Shown: in pieces, positions 18,135-28,104 of the stretch
Position numbering within the stretch: position 1 is the first letter of the stretch
Layout: each line of letters starts with the position of its first letter
Assembly: GCA_033763315.1 (NCBI GenBank)
Contig: JANRKS010000007.1
Coordinates: forward strand, 32,001 to 96,000
Length of the DNA: 64,000 nucleotides
Reading direction: 5' to 3'
DNA from: Deltaproteobacteria bacterium
GTDB taxonomy: Bacteria; Myxococcota_A; Polyangia; Fen-1088
Translations under genes and position numbers: made by a program
Notes under the pieces: model-generated
Seen by the model: only the letters and a program-made list of their open reading frames with translations
What the model was told of the DNA's origin: nothing
Databases searched by the model: none

Positions 18135-18632
18135 CTAGAAGGGAGCGTCTCCTTTGCATACAACAGCGCTTGTCGACGGCACGGTGATTCGAAGCTCCTG
18201 CGTCCCATGACGAAACAGCACGGGTCCTGCAGGCAGCGGCGGCGATTCACATGTCGCATCCAGAAAGCCGCAGTCTGTGGAACACGCGTCCGTCGCCTTG
18301 CTTACGAACGATCCCTCGCTCGAGATCTCGAACTCGCCGTTGGGCAGCTTACGTACCAAGCACGTGGCCTTGCGGTCCACATCGCAAGAGGCGCTAAGGC
18401 ACGTCGGCATTCGCACGGTCACTGTGACAGAGCGCCCCTCCTGGTAGGACATCAACTCATTGGACTCCGGAAGCGAGTTTTGCCGGGACGCCCAGATACA
18501 GGCCTTTCCCTCGTCTTTAAACTTTTGCGTTTGGTCCGTAAGGCCACACCCAAGCGAGCCCAAAATGGAGACGAAGACTGCGGAGAAAGAAAGACGAAAA
18601 AAGAAGGTACGCAGACAAAATCGTGAGTTCAT
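18135..18632 (-). CDS. Cys-rich hypothetical lipoprotein
   Basis: GGAGGAG before ATG 18632, lipobox SLG-C, CLSASC...CSTDCG. Confidence 0.65.
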   Translation of the reverse strand: MNSRFCLRTFFFRLSFSAVFVSILGSLGCGLTDQTQKFKDEGKACIWASRQNSLPESNELMSYQEGRSVTVTVRMPTCLSASCDVDRKATCLVRKLPNGEFEISSEGSFVSKATDACSTDCGFLDATCESPPLPAGPVLFRHGTQELRITVPSTSAVVCKGDAPF

Positions 18633-18644
18633 GCTCCTCCACTC

Positions 18645-18660
18645 TGCAAGAGGAGTGCCC
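18645..18660 (-). promoter_or_regulatory. Candidate sigma54 -24/-12 promoter
   Basis: Minus strand GGGCACTCCTCTTGCA fits GGCAC-N5-TTGCA; A-tract just upstream and palindrome GACAAATTTGTC at 18715-18726. Confidence 0.4.
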
Positions 18661-18849
18661 ACGTTTTTTTGGTTAAAGGGGGCATGAAAGCCGCCCGGGC
18701 GTGACCGATGCCCCGACAAATTTGTCCGAGATCTGTCCTCTCGGCCACTCCGAGGCAGGTGGTTGGAACTCAGTATTTATCTTGTGCTCAGCTCTATGAC
18801 GAGTTAACGACAGGGAATTGGTGGCGCTCGCAGCGGGCAGGCGGGCCCT

Positions 18850-19848
18850 CTACTCGCCCGGCACCCATCCGATGGACAAGTCATCCACGCCATTGGTTTT
18901 CGGTGAATACACCGACTTCCACGTTTTGCCGTCGGTGGCCGTTTGAATGCTGCCGCCGATCTCGCGGACCCATAGGCCTTGCACCCAGAAGCCAGCGTTG
19001 TACTTATCGCCGTAGCAAACGCGGTTGGTTTGGAACTGGCCCGCACAGAACGCAACAACGTCGGGCACGGGCGACTTCTGCCATTTCGTTCCATCAGGTG
19101 ATGTGACCGTTTGACCGGGATCACCGGAGACCGCAAACAGACCGTTGCCGAAGACGACCCGCGAGTGTTTGCCGGTGCCCGCGTTGCCCAGGCTTGTCCA
19201 CGCCAGACCATCGCTGCTGCGCAGGATGACACCGTCGATCGTGCTGGCGATGAACATGTTGTTGCCGTAAGCCAAGCCCTGAATGATGCCAAAGTTGTGC
19301 ATGCGCAGGGTCCACGTGGCGCCATCAGGGCTCGTCCACCACTTACTCCAACCGCCGGCCACCCAAAGCTTATTGCCATACGCCACGGAGCGCAGCAGAT
19401 CGCCGTCATCGCCTCCGCCTTGGCGCACCTCGCCCGTCTTTGTCCACGTTTTGCCGCCGTCACGCGAGAGAATGCGGATGCCACCGTAGCCAACGCCGAC
19501 GGCACCTCGGACATAGCCTGCAGGAGGCTCTTCGATCGGCGAGGCGATACCACCGGCACCACTGGCACCGCCGTTCGCAGCACCACCTGCGTTGCTGCCA
19601 CCTGTGCCTTGGCCGGCCGATCCGCCCACGCCAATCACACCAGCACTGCCGCCAGCGGAAACGTCTCCAGAGCCCCCCGCGCCACGTGTGGCTTCACCGG
19701 GAGCGCCCGCTACGTTCGCCTCGTCATCTCCGCCGGCGCCGCCTTGTGGCTCGTCCTGCACTTCGCTACCCACGCTGCCGCCGCAGCCACTCGCGACAAC
19801 AATCGACGTGGTGATGGCGAGAAGCCACGGAATCCTGTTGAACTTCAT
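18850..19848 (-). CDS. Lipoprotein with Gly-rich linker and BNR/Asp-box-like repeats
   Basis: Lipobox VASG-C, Gly/Ala linker, repeats SRDGGKTW, SPDGATW, SSDGLAW, SPDGTKW, ATDGKTW. Confidence 0.75.
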   Translation of the reverse strand: MKFNRIPWLLAITTSIVVASGCGGSVGSEVQDEPQGGAGGDDEANVAGAPGEATRGAGGSGDVSAGGSAGVIGVGGSAGQGTGGSNAGGAANGGASGAGGIASPIEEPPAGYVRGAVGVGYGGIRILSRDGGKTWTKTGEVRQGGGDDGDLLRSVAYGNKLWVAGGWSKWWTSPDGATWTLRMHNFGIIQGLAYGNNMFIASTIDGVILRSSDGLAWTSLGNAGTGKHSRVVFGNGLFAVSGDPGQTVTSPDGTKWQKSPVPDVVAFCAGQFQTNRVCYGDKYNAGFWVQGLWVREIGGSIQTATDGKTWKSVYSPKTNGVDDLSIGWVPGE

Positions 19849-20131
19849 AGGATGCCTTCCTGCACGCGCTACCAATGCGCTGCCACACAAAGAAGCCTTG
19901 AAGATAACATCTGCACACGTCGGTGGCGTTACAGAGTGCTAGGCAAATACACCTACGAGCACGTCGCGCGCTCACAAAAGCAGAGACGCTAAGTCAAAGT
20001 GCCTAGGAGCTATCCCACGTGATTGGACGCGGATAGCAAACGCGAGTACATGACTCGTAGCTTCACCACATTTACGAGTTACCACCTCGTTTTTGTTGAC
20101 ACCTCTGCCCACCCCTCTAGGTAGCGGGTAC

Positions 20132-20432
20132 CTAAGCTTCCCAGCTCTCGACCCGTAAGCTGGGCACACGCCGGAACTCGGATTCGTTCGCCGTGACAAC
20201 GGTGGCGTCATGGGCCAGCGCGATGGACGCGATCAACATATCGTTCGGCCCGATGAGGGAGCCAAGGCGCGACAAGGTGGCTCGAACGACTCCGTAATGT
20301 TCTGCGCACTGGTCGTCAAAGGGAAGGCATCGAAAACGCGCAAAAAACTTCGTAAAAAGCCCAAGGTTCGCATCCACACGTTCACTCCTGCGGGCCCCAA
20401 ACAGCAGCTCGGCCTTCACTACGGAACATAGC
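20132..20432 (-). pseudogene. vapC: 5'-truncated VapC (PIN domain) toxin
   Basis: LCSVVKAELLFGARRS...IGPNDMLIASIALAHDATVVTANESEFRRVPSLRVESW is the PIN core and C-terminus; the N-terminal LLDTN strand is missing. Confidence 0.75.
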
Positions 20433-20643
20433 CACGGTGCTCGTAGTCGGGTTCGATCGGGCGGACCAAAGGGGCTCCCTGCCAGCCACCTACGACGTCC
20501 TCAAAAAAAACCTTCGGCCACCCCGATGTCAGGTCGCGCTTTGGGAGCTCAGCCACGTAGCGGGACACGCTCTGCCCCTTAGGCGCGGCGCGTGTCTTCA
20601 GCGCTTCCGCGAGGTGATCCGGAAGGTAGAAATGAAGCCGCAC
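20419..20643 (-). CDS. Ribbon-helix-helix type antitoxin (VapB-like)
   Basis: LHFYLPDHLAEALKTRAAPKGQSVSRYVAEL RHH-like N-terminus, then GWPKVFFEDVVGGWQG; directly upstream of the PIN remnant; GTG start 7 nt after TATCTT. Confidence 0.65.
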   Translation of the reverse strand: MRLHFYLPDHLAEALKTRAAPKGQSVSRYVAELPKRDLTSGWPKVFFEDVVGGWQGAPLVRPIEPDYEHRGYVP

Positions 20644-20694
20644 AAAGGGAAAGATACCCCCATGCATGTGGCATCTGTGCCCTACGTGCGCCAC

Positions 20695-22089
20695 CTAAAG
20701 AACGAAGCCCAAGACCAGCAGCAACAGCGCGCTTGCCCCGAACACCGCGCGGTGGTTCCACAACAGCTGGCGAACCGGCTGCACTCCGGCGGCCTCGTGG
20801 AACCACATCTGTCGCAGCATCTGAAAGTAATAGAAGAACGACACAAGCGTGGTGACGAAAGCGGCGCCCAGAACACCGAGGTACCAGGAAGGCAGTTCAG
20901 TGCCATGGCGCAGAAGTTCAGTGGCCGCGGCCAGCTTCGCAAAGAAACCGGCCGTGGGTGGCACCCCCGCGTAGCTCAACAGCAACACCGTGATGCCCAC
21001 CGCCACAAGCGGATGTTTGGCTGCGAGACCCGATAGATCTTTCAACTCATCGGCATCGGCGTGGTCCGTTCCCACGGCCATTATGGCCGCCCACAAACCG
21101 GTGGTCATCACACCGTATGTTGTTAGATAAAGCGCAAAAGCGCCGGGGGCGTCCGCCACGATGGTTAGCAAGATAAACGACGCGTTCACCACGCCCGAAT
21201 AGGCAAACAGGCGTTTGATTTGGCTCTGCGAAATCGCCTGCACGTTGCCGATCAAAACGCCCGCGCCGGCACACAGCAACAACGCGGGCTTCCACACGTT
21301 GGCCAAAGCCACGAAGGGACCGTTGCAAAGCGCGAACAACAAACCAAACACCGCCAGCTTCACAGGTGAAGCGATGATGGTGAGCGCCGCCAAGGACGAG
21401 CCTTGGTAAACGTCAGCCAGCCAGAAGTGAAACGGTGCCACAGCGGTCTTGAAGAATAGCGCTGACAAGATCAGCATCAGCGCGATATGCGCGAGCTGCA
21501 GTTGCCCACCCTCGGCGCTGGCCAACTTGCCCGCAATCTCTTGCAAGTGCATCTCGCCGGTGGCGCCGTAGAGAAACGAAAGGCCCATCAAGAACACGGC
21601 GCTGGCCACGGCGCCCAACAACAAATACTTGATGCCCGCTTCGTTCGATCGCGGATCACGTTGCGAGAAACCGGCCAACACGTAGGACGGGATCGAAACC
21701 ATCTCGAACGAGATGAACACCGTGGCCAGATCACCCGCAAACGACAGCGACACCATGCCCAGCGCAGACGCCATCGCCACAAGCTTCCAATCAGCTTGTT
21801 GAGCACGCACTTTCTCAAGGTAGCCATTGGTCAACACAACCGCGCCGGCCACGAGGTAAAGGCACAGGCAAGCGATTTGTTTGCCCAACACCGAGATGAC
21901 GTAGGCGCCGCCAAAGTAGGTTTCTCCCGTAGGGACGCGGTACTGTAGCAGCAAGGCGGTTGCCCCAAGCGCGGCCACGCTGATCGCCGTGGAAAGCAAG
22001 GCGCGTGGTTTTGCACGCAGAGACGCCACAACCAGCAGGGCCATGAAGCCCAAGATCAAGGGAAGCTGTGCAATCAAAATCGCGTTCAT
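20695..22089 (-). CDS. nuoN: NADH-quinone oxidoreductase subunit N
   Basis: SNEAGIKYLLLGA, FKTAVAPFHFWLADVYQGS, KRLFAYS, AGVPPTAGFFAK. Confidence 0.95.
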   Translation of the reverse strand: MNAILIAQLPLILGFMALLVVASLRAKPRALLSTAISVAALGATALLLQYRVPTGETYFGGAYVISVLGKQIACLCLYLVAGAVVLTNGYLEKVRAQQADWKLVAMASALGMVSLSFAGDLATVFISFEMVSIPSYVLAGFSQRDPRSNEAGIKYLLLGAVASAVFLMGLSFLYGATGEMHLQEIAGKLASAEGGQLQLAHIALMLILSALFFKTAVAPFHFWLADVYQGSSLAALTIIASPVKLAVFGLLFALCNGPFVALANVWKPALLLCAGAGVLIGNVQAISQSQIKRLFAYSGVVNASFILLTIVADAPGAFALYLTTYGVMTTGLWAAIMAVGTDHADADELKDLSGLAAKHPLVAVGITVLLLSYAGVPPTAGFFAKLAAATELLRHGTELPSWYLGVLGAAFVTTLVSFFYYFQMLRQMWFHEAAGVQPVRQLLWNHRAVFGASALLLLVLGFVL

Positions 22090-23579
22090 GGAACGACTCC
22101 TGCCACCACGGTGGCGAAGGCTCTCTCAACGGGCCCCACAAACAACATCGGGTAAAGGCCTAACACCAACCACACCGACACAACGGCCAAACCTAACGCC
22201 ACCTCGGGGATCCGAAGGTCAGCGGCTTGCACCACATTGCCACGTCGGGCGCCGAAGAACAGATGGTGAAAGATGCGGATCATCGCAGCCGCGGTGATAA
22301 GCGCGCCCGCGCCCGCAGCGAACGTGTACCAGGGGGATACGCGAAAGGCGGCAAAGTACACCAAGATCTCACCGGCGAAATTGCTGAGGCCGGGCAAGCT
22401 GGCGGCGGCAAACATGGCCACCAACATGAGCGCTGTGAGGCGCCCCTGCCCTGCGCGAAGACCGCCCACTTCCGACATCAGGATCCCGCGGCCGTCGACC
22501 GAAATGCGGTCATCGAGCGCAAACAAGAAAGCCATGATCAAGCCGTGGTTGAAGACCTGGAAAATTCCAGCGGTGATCGCGGAAGAGTCGGAAGCGTCTC
22601 CGCGCGTGCCTGCAAAGGCAGCCAAGGCCACCAAGCTCAAGTGTGCAAGCGAGGAGTAAGCCAGCACATCCGTTAAACGATCGCGCCCAAGGCAAACGAC
22701 GCCACCATAAATGGCGCCAGCCGCGGCCACGGCCATCAAGGTGGGCCCCCATGTCCCGAACTCGCTACCGAACGCCGGCACCAACACGATCAGCAAACCA
22801 TAGGCGCCCATCTTCGACATGATGGCCGAAAGCAGCGCACGGCACGCGGGCGGCGCCACCGCGTAAGTGTCACGCAACCAGCCGTGCAGGCCCACAAGCG
22901 GCAGCTTGACGCCGAACCCCAGTAAGAAACCCCAAAACGCGAGGCCACGCAATTCGGGCGACAAGATCGAGATGGAGCGCCCAAGGTCGGCCAGGGCCAC
23001 ATCCCCCGAGGGCAGTATTACGATGGCGATCGCCATCAGCATCGGCAAGCTGCCGAACAGCGTGATGAGAACGAAGCGCATAAGCGCTGTGTAAAGCGCA
23101 GGCGTGTCTTCGCGACGTTGGCCGTGCAAGCCGATCCAGAAGTACGCGCCCAGCAGCGCCATTTCCCAGAACAAATAGAACAGCAACAAGCTGTTGGCGA
23201 TGAACACACCCAGCAGGCTGCCGATCAAGATGTTGGCCGAGATGTAATAAGACGGCTTCACTTCCGTGCGCGGGCGGATGAACACAAAAATGATCGGCAA
23301 ACACAGACCGAGCAGCAGCACAAAGGCGCTGTTGCGCGCGTCGAGGTAAAGCGCCGTTTTGAACACCGTGCCAGAGCCGGTGATCATCATCGAGAAACCA
23401 TCGACCGCCACACGTGGGGCGTCCGACACGAAGCTTGGCAGCGCCAGTGCGGCCAAGAACAAACCAAACAAGCTTTGCGTCCAGGCCGCGAGTTTCGCGT
23501 GCCCTTGGCGGGTGAACATGTGCAACGCGATCAGCCCCAGCGGGATGAACGGTGCGACGCTAAGCAGGGTACCGCGCAT
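22086..23579 (-). CDS. nuoM: NADH-quinone oxidoreductase subunit M
   Basis: FYLFWE, VKLPLVGLHGWL, SKMGAYG, LPGLSNFAGE; operon position. Confidence 0.95.
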   Translation of the reverse strand: MRGTLLSVAPFIPLGLIALHMFTRQGHAKLAAWTQSLFGLFLAALALPSFVSDAPRVAVDGFSMMITGSGTVFKTALYLDARNSAFVLLLGLCLPIIFVFIRPRTEVKPSYYISANILIGSLLGVFIANSLLLFYLFWEMALLGAYFWIGLHGQRREDTPALYTALMRFVLITLFGSLPMLMAIAIVILPSGDVALADLGRSISILSPELRGLAFWGFLLGFGVKLPLVGLHGWLRDTYAVAPPACRALLSAIMSKMGAYGLLIVLVPAFGSEFGTWGPTLMAVAAAGAIYGGVVCLGRDRLTDVLAYSSLAHLSLVALAAFAGTRGDASDSSAITAGIFQVFNHGLIMAFLFALDDRISVDGRGILMSEVGGLRAGQGRLTALMLVAMFAAASLPGLSNFAGEILVYFAAFRVSPWYTFAAGAGALITAAAMIRIFHHLFFGARRGNVVQAADLRIPEVALGLAVVSVWLVLGLYPMLFVGPVERAFATVVAGVVP

Positions 23580-23590
23580 AAGATTCGTCC

Positions 23591-25510
23591 TTATCGCCCC
23601 GGAAGGAGCAGCAACATTAAGAAGACCGCGGCCAACAACAGCGCTGCGTAGTTTTGAAATCTTCCGCTCATCAAGCGGCGCAACATACCGGAGCCCGTTT
23701 CGCCGGCGCCGCCCATGAGTTCAAAGCCGCCCAACGCCACAGACTCAACAATCGCGCTGCAAAACCGGCCTAAGGCCCGCAGAGGCGTGAACACAGCCGA
23801 CTCGTACAGCGCATCGAAATAAAACTTCTGTGCCAAGAGGCCGCGGGTTTGGTTGCGGCCTTCGTACTTGGCGCGCTTTCCTGCGTTGGCAAACACGCTA
23901 AACGTGAGCGCCGCCACGATCAAGGAAACCACGAGCGCCGGCAGGGCGTGCAGGAAGCTCGGGCCTTCAGGCATCTCAGCGCCAGCGTTGGCGAGCGCGT
24001 AGAAACCCTTGCCCATGCCGCCGAATGAAGGCGGCGCGCTGACGAAGCCGAAGCCTAAGCCCACGACACACAAGATGCCGAGCACCAACTTCACAGTGAC
24101 GCTCGTTTCATGCGGTGCATGGCCGTGGTGGCCCTTGGCCGCTTCGCCTGGGACCTTGGATTCGAGGTAGCCGAGCAAGCGAAACATGTACACCGCCGAG
24201 AGAAGTTCGACGCCCATGATGATCCACGAGAGCGCTTTGCCCGAGACGACCAACGAGCCGAGCGTCAGCTGGCTTTCGGCCACTGATTCAAGCACCATTT
24301 CCTTGCTGAAGAAGCCCGCAGCCAGGAAGGGAATCAGGCCAACGCCGCCAAGGCAACCAATCCAAAACGAGGCGCGTGTGATGGGCAAGTGCTTGAGCAC
24401 GCCCGCCAGTTTGCGGACATCTTGTTCATGGTGGGCTGCCAAGATCACGCTGCCCGCCGCCAAAAACAACAATGCCTTGAAGGCCGCGTGACCGAACAAG
24501 TGCAAGCGCGCGGCACCCGGGCTATCCGCCGCCAGAGCCAAGAACATCAGGCCCAAGTTGGACAGCGTGGAGTACGCCAAAATCTTCTTGATGTCGAATT
24601 GGACCACCGCCAACACGGCGCCGATCACCAAGGTCACAAGCGCGCAGATGTAGATGAAGCCACGAATCTGCGGGAACAACGCATAGATCGGTGACAATCG
24701 GGCCACAAGGTAAACGCCAGCGGTCACCATCGTGGCGGCGTGGATCAAGGCGCTGACGGGCGTGGGTCCGGCCATCGCGTCGGGCAGCCAGACGTGAAAA
24801 GGCGCTTGCGCAGACTTGGCGAACGCGCCGCCCAACACCAGTAAGGCGCCCCAAGCGGCGAGGCTGTTGCCATCGATGGAATCGGCCGAAAGCGCGTCCG
24901 CTTTGGCGGCCAAGCCACTCAGATCAAAGGTGCCAAAGTGGGCGTACAAAAACGCCACGCCGAGCACGAACAACAGATCGCCCACACGGTTTGTGAAGAA
25001 CGCGCGGTAGGCGGCGAGCGGCACGCCCGCGTCTTTCCAATAGTGGCCGATCAATAGGTACGAGCACACCCCCACGCCTTCCCATCCCAAGAAGATGAGC
25101 AGCAGGTTGTCGGCCAATACCAGGATCAGCATCGAGGCGACGAATAGATTCAAGCTGGCAAAAAACCGCGCGGGCTCCTTGTCGTCATGCATGTAACCCA
25201 CGGAGTAGAGCGTGATCAAAAAGCCAAAGCCGCTGACCAGCATAACCATGGCAAAAGCCACGCTATCGAGCCGGAAACCCAGATTTGCGCTCAACACGTT
25301 TGTGGCCAACCAAGGGCCAAACGAAAACGACGCCTCAGCGCCACCACTAACGGTGGAGGCAAAACCAACGCCGACCAAGAAGGACAACGCCACGCCCAAA
25401 CAAGCGATGGTGCCGATCAGCTTCACGTTCAAACGGCGACCAAACAGGGCCAGAAGTAAGGCTGTGGCGGCCGGAAACACCGGCAGCGAGGCCAAGGCGT
25501 ATGGGGGCAT
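23591..25510 (-). CDS. nuoL: NADH-quinone oxidoreductase subunit L
   Basis: WEGVGVCSYLLI, KSAQAPFHVWLPDAMAGPTPVSALIHAATMVTAG. Confidence 0.96.
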   Translation of the reverse strand: MPPYALASLPVFPAATALLLALFGRRLNVKLIGTIACLGVALSFLVGVGFASTVSGGAEASFSFGPWLATNVLSANLGFRLDSVAFAMVMLVSGFGFLITLYSVGYMHDDKEPARFFASLNLFVASMLILVLADNLLLIFLGWEGVGVCSYLLIGHYWKDAGVPLAAYRAFFTNRVGDLLFVLGVAFLYAHFGTFDLSGLAAKADALSADSIDGNSLAAWGALLVLGGAFAKSAQAPFHVWLPDAMAGPTPVSALIHAATMVTAGVYLVARLSPIYALFPQIRGFIYICALVTLVIGAVLAVVQFDIKKILAYSTLSNLGLMFLALAADSPGAARLHLFGHAAFKALLFLAAGSVILAAHHEQDVRKLAGVLKHLPITRASFWIGCLGGVGLIPFLAAGFFSKEMVLESVAESQLTLGSLVVSGKALSWIIMGVELLSAVYMFRLLGYLESKVPGEAAKGHHGHAPHETSVTVKLVLGILCVVGLGFGFVSAPPSFGGMGKGFYALANAGAEMPEGPSFLHALPALVVSLIVAALTFSVFANAGKRAKYEGRNQTRGLLAQKFYFDALYESAVFTPLRALGRFCSAIVESVALGGFELMGGAGETGSGMLRRLMSGRFQNYAALLLAAVFLMLLLLPGR

Positions 25511-25833
25511 TAGAGTTCTCCCTCGCTCAGACGAGACGCGCGCTCACGACTGATGTCGCGGTAGTTGCGGAAAAACACAATCGTCATGCCCAAACCGATG
25601 GCGGCTTCGGCCGCGGCCACACCAATCGAGAGCATGTAGAGGTAATGGCCAAATTCGTGGGTGCCCCATAAGAAGTGGTTGAACGCGATGAGTGTGAAGT
25701 TGACGCCGTTGAGCATCACTTCCACCGAAAGCAGAATCATCACCAAGCTGCGGCGTGTGAGCAGGCCATAACAGCCCGTCAGGAACACGATGACGGCCAG
25801 CGTGAGGCAATTGGCGAGGTTGAAGTCGAGCAT
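25510..25833 (-). CDS. nuoK: NADH-quinone oxidoreductase subunit K
   Basis: LLSVEVMLNGVN, VAAAEAAIGL. Confidence 0.95.
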   Translation of the reverse strand: MLDFNLANCLTLAVIVFLTGCYGLLTRRSLVMILLSVEVMLNGVNFTLIAFNHFLWGTHEFGHYLYMLSIGVAAAEAAIGLGMTIVFFRNYRDISRERASRLSEGEL

Positions 25834-26409
25834 TTATGGCGTTCCCTTCTTCTGCGAGGGATCGCGACGTGAAAAGTTAATGGCGGCGATGATGCCCACC
25901 AAAACCAAAAACGAGATCAACTCGAACGACACCGTGAGTGGGTTCTCCATCGGGTTCTCGAAGATCATGCGCGAGATGGACGACAACTCGCCAAATTCGG
26001 CGGGATGTTCCGCGCCCACCGGCAAGCTTTCAGCCGCCTTCCGCACCAAGGTCACCAGAACCACGCCCGCCACGGCGAGGGCGCCCAGCACATTCCAATG
26101 TACGAGGCGTGTGCCCACAGGATCGGCGCCGCGCAGATGCCCGAGCTCGCCCTCTTCAGGACGGGGGTTGACCATCATCACCACGAACGTAAAGAGCATC
26201 ATGATGGCGCCCGCGTAAACGAGGACCTGCAAGATGCCCACAAACGGCGCTTTGAGCATCACGTAAACAAGCGACGTGGGCAGGAACGACATAATCAACA
26301 GCAGCGTTGATCGCACAGGGTTCCGGGCCAGAACAACCATGAGCGAGAACACAACGATGAGGATCGCGCAGGCCGAAAACAGGCCGTTGTAGAGATCTAC
26401 CTCAGACAT
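25834..26409 (-). CDS. nuoJ: NADH-quinone oxidoreductase subunit J
   Basis: RNPVRS, QVLVYAGAIMMLFTFVVMM, FELISFLVLVGII. Confidence 0.95.
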   Translation of the reverse strand: MSEVDLYNGLFSACAILIVVFSLMVVLARNPVRSTLLLIMSFLPTSLVYVMLKAPFVGILQVLVYAGAIMMLFTFVVMMVNPRPEEGELGHLRGADPVGTRLVHWNVLGALAVAGVVLVTLVRKAAESLPVGAEHPAEFGELSSISRMIFENPMENPLTVSFELISFLVLVGIIAAINFSRRDPSQKKGTP

Positions 26410-26508
26410 GACGGTGCCGTTCTTCTTGCCCGATCAAAGGCAAGGCGTGGCGGGTTTGGTTCGGCAACATGGGATTCTTGGGGGTGAAGGCGGAAGAGAA
26501 GTGGAAGC

Positions 26509-27030
26509 CTATTTCTTCGGGGCGGGCGGATCGGGCTGATCGTTGTAGAGCAGCTTTTGCATTCCGTAGATGAAATCCTTTCGGTCCGTATAGACCTTCG
26601 GGATCTTGTTCGTCATCGCGATGGCATCCTTGGGGCACGCTTCCACGCAGTAGCCACAATAGATGCACTTGAGCATGTCGATCTCGAACACCGCCGGCAC
26701 CTTGTCGCGGCCTTCCCAGCCGGGGCCTTGCGGCGCCGGTTCGGCCTCGATGTGAATGCAGTTGGCGGGGCATGCGGTGGCGCACATGTAACACGCCACG
26801 CACTTCATGTGTTCGTGTTCGTCTCGCTTGAGGTAGTGCTCGCCCCGAAAGCGCTCGTTGATCACGGCCTTCTGCTCGGGGTACTGAATCGTCACCGACT
26901 TCTTGAAGAATTGCTTGATCGAGACCGTCAAGCCGCGAACCAAGGCCGGAATATAAACGTTCACCCACCAAGGACGGCGCGCGGCCACCTTCTTGAGCAG
27001 GGCATTTGTGGGAACATGAACTTGGTCCAT
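26509..27030 (-). CDS. nuoI: NADH-quinone oxidoreductase subunit I
   Basis: TIQYPE, RFRGEH, two 4Fe-4S motifs CVACYMCATACP and CIYCGYCVEACP. Confidence 0.96.
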   Translation of the reverse strand: MDQVHVPTNALLKKVAARRPWWVNVYIPALVRGLTVSIKQFFKKSVTIQYPEQKAVINERFRGEHYLKRDEHEHMKCVACYMCATACPANCIHIEAEPAPQGPGWEGRDKVPAVFEIDMLKCIYCGYCVEACPKDAIAMTNKIPKVYTDRKDFIYGMQKLLYNDQPDPPAPKK

Positions 27031-27045
27031 CTAGACCTCCTCGAA

Positions 27046-28098
27046 CTATCGAAACAGGCCGCCGTACTCCATGGCCAAAGCCAAGATGATCAGGTTGCCT
27101 AAAGCAATGGGGATCAGCCGTGTCCAGCTGAGCTTCATCAATTGGTCCCAGCGCATACGCGGCAGGGTCCAGCGCATCCACATGAAGAAAAAGATCAGCG
27201 CCAATACCTTCACGATGAACACGCCGAAGCCCACGAGGGCAAACAGCCATTCGTCGTGAATCAAGCGGCCCATGCCGGGGAAGTGCCAGCCACCCAAGAA
27301 CAGCGCCGTGATGATGCTGCACATGGTCCACAGGCCCGCGTATTCGCCGAACATGAACCAAGCGTAACGAAGGCCGGTGTATTCCGTGTGGTAACCGCCC
27401 ACCAACTCTTGTTCAGCTTCGGGGTTGTCGAACGGGGCGCGGCTGGTTTCAGCAAACGCCGCCAGCAAGAACAAGAAAAAGCAAGGCGGCCACATGAACA
27501 AGTTCCAGCGCGGAATGAAGCCAAACACCACGCCGCTTTGCTGCTGGACGATTTCCCCCAGACTCAAGCTGCCAGTTTTGAGCAGCAACGCCACGACGGA
27601 AAGGCCCATCACGATTTCGTAGCTGATGAGCTGCGCAGAGGAGCGAATGCCTCCCAACAAGGAGTACTGGTTGTTGGACGACCAGCCTGCGAACGCGATA
27701 CCGTAGCCCGCCAGCGACGAAATGGCGAGCATCACCAACAGACCCATATTGATGTCGGTCAGACCCAGCAACTGGCCGCTGCGCGTGGCCGTCACTGACA
27801 CCAGGCCGAACGAGATCACGCCCGGCATGAAGGTCAGAATGGGCGCCAACAGGAATACAGCTTTATCGGTGTTCTTCGGGAAATAATCTTCTTTGAAGAT
27901 CAACTTCACGGCGTCAGCCACCGACTGCAGCAAGCCAAACGGCCCCACGCGGTTCGGACCCTCGCGGCGTTGAAAGCGCGCCGCTGATTTGCGCTCCATC
28001 CACACCAGCATCGGAACGGCTGCCAAGACGATGGCAAACGAAACCACCAGCTTGATGGCCGTGAACAAAATGGGATTATTGAGGACTTCTTCCAACAT
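27046..28098 (-). CDS. nuoH: NADH-quinone oxidoreductase subunit H
   Basis: ERK...GPNRVGPFGLLQSVADAVKL, AETSRAPFD, GYHTEY, TLPRMRWDQLM. Confidence 0.96.
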   Translation of the reverse strand: MLEEVLNNPILFTAIKLVVSFAIVLAAVPMLVWMERKSAARFQRREGPNRVGPFGLLQSVADAVKLIFKEDYFPKNTDKAVFLLAPILTFMPGVISFGLVSVTATRSGQLLGLTDINMGLLVMLAISSLAGYGIAFAGWSSNNQYSLLGGIRSSAQLISYEIVMGLSVVALLLKTGSLSLGEIVQQQSGVVFGFIPRWNLFMWPPCFFLFLLAAFAETSRAPFDNPEAEQELVGGYHTEYTGLRYAWFMFGEYAGLWTMCSIITALFLGGWHFPGMGRLIHDEWLFALVGFGVFIVKVLALIFFFMWMRWTLPRMRWDQLMKLSWTRLIPIALGNLIILALAMEYGGLFR

Positions 28099-28104
28099 CG
28101 TGAC

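Noticed and set aside
19940-20135. c-di-GMP-I riboswitch-like words (GGCAAA, GACGC, GGTAGCGGG)
   Set aside because: Spacing is wrong, no GAAA-capped stem, and the orientation is opposite to the neighbouring genes.
26402-27361. 319-aa alternative-frame ORF across nuoH and nuoI
   Set aside because: Arg/Gly-rich off-frame translation with no recognisable domain; nuoH and nuoI are intact.
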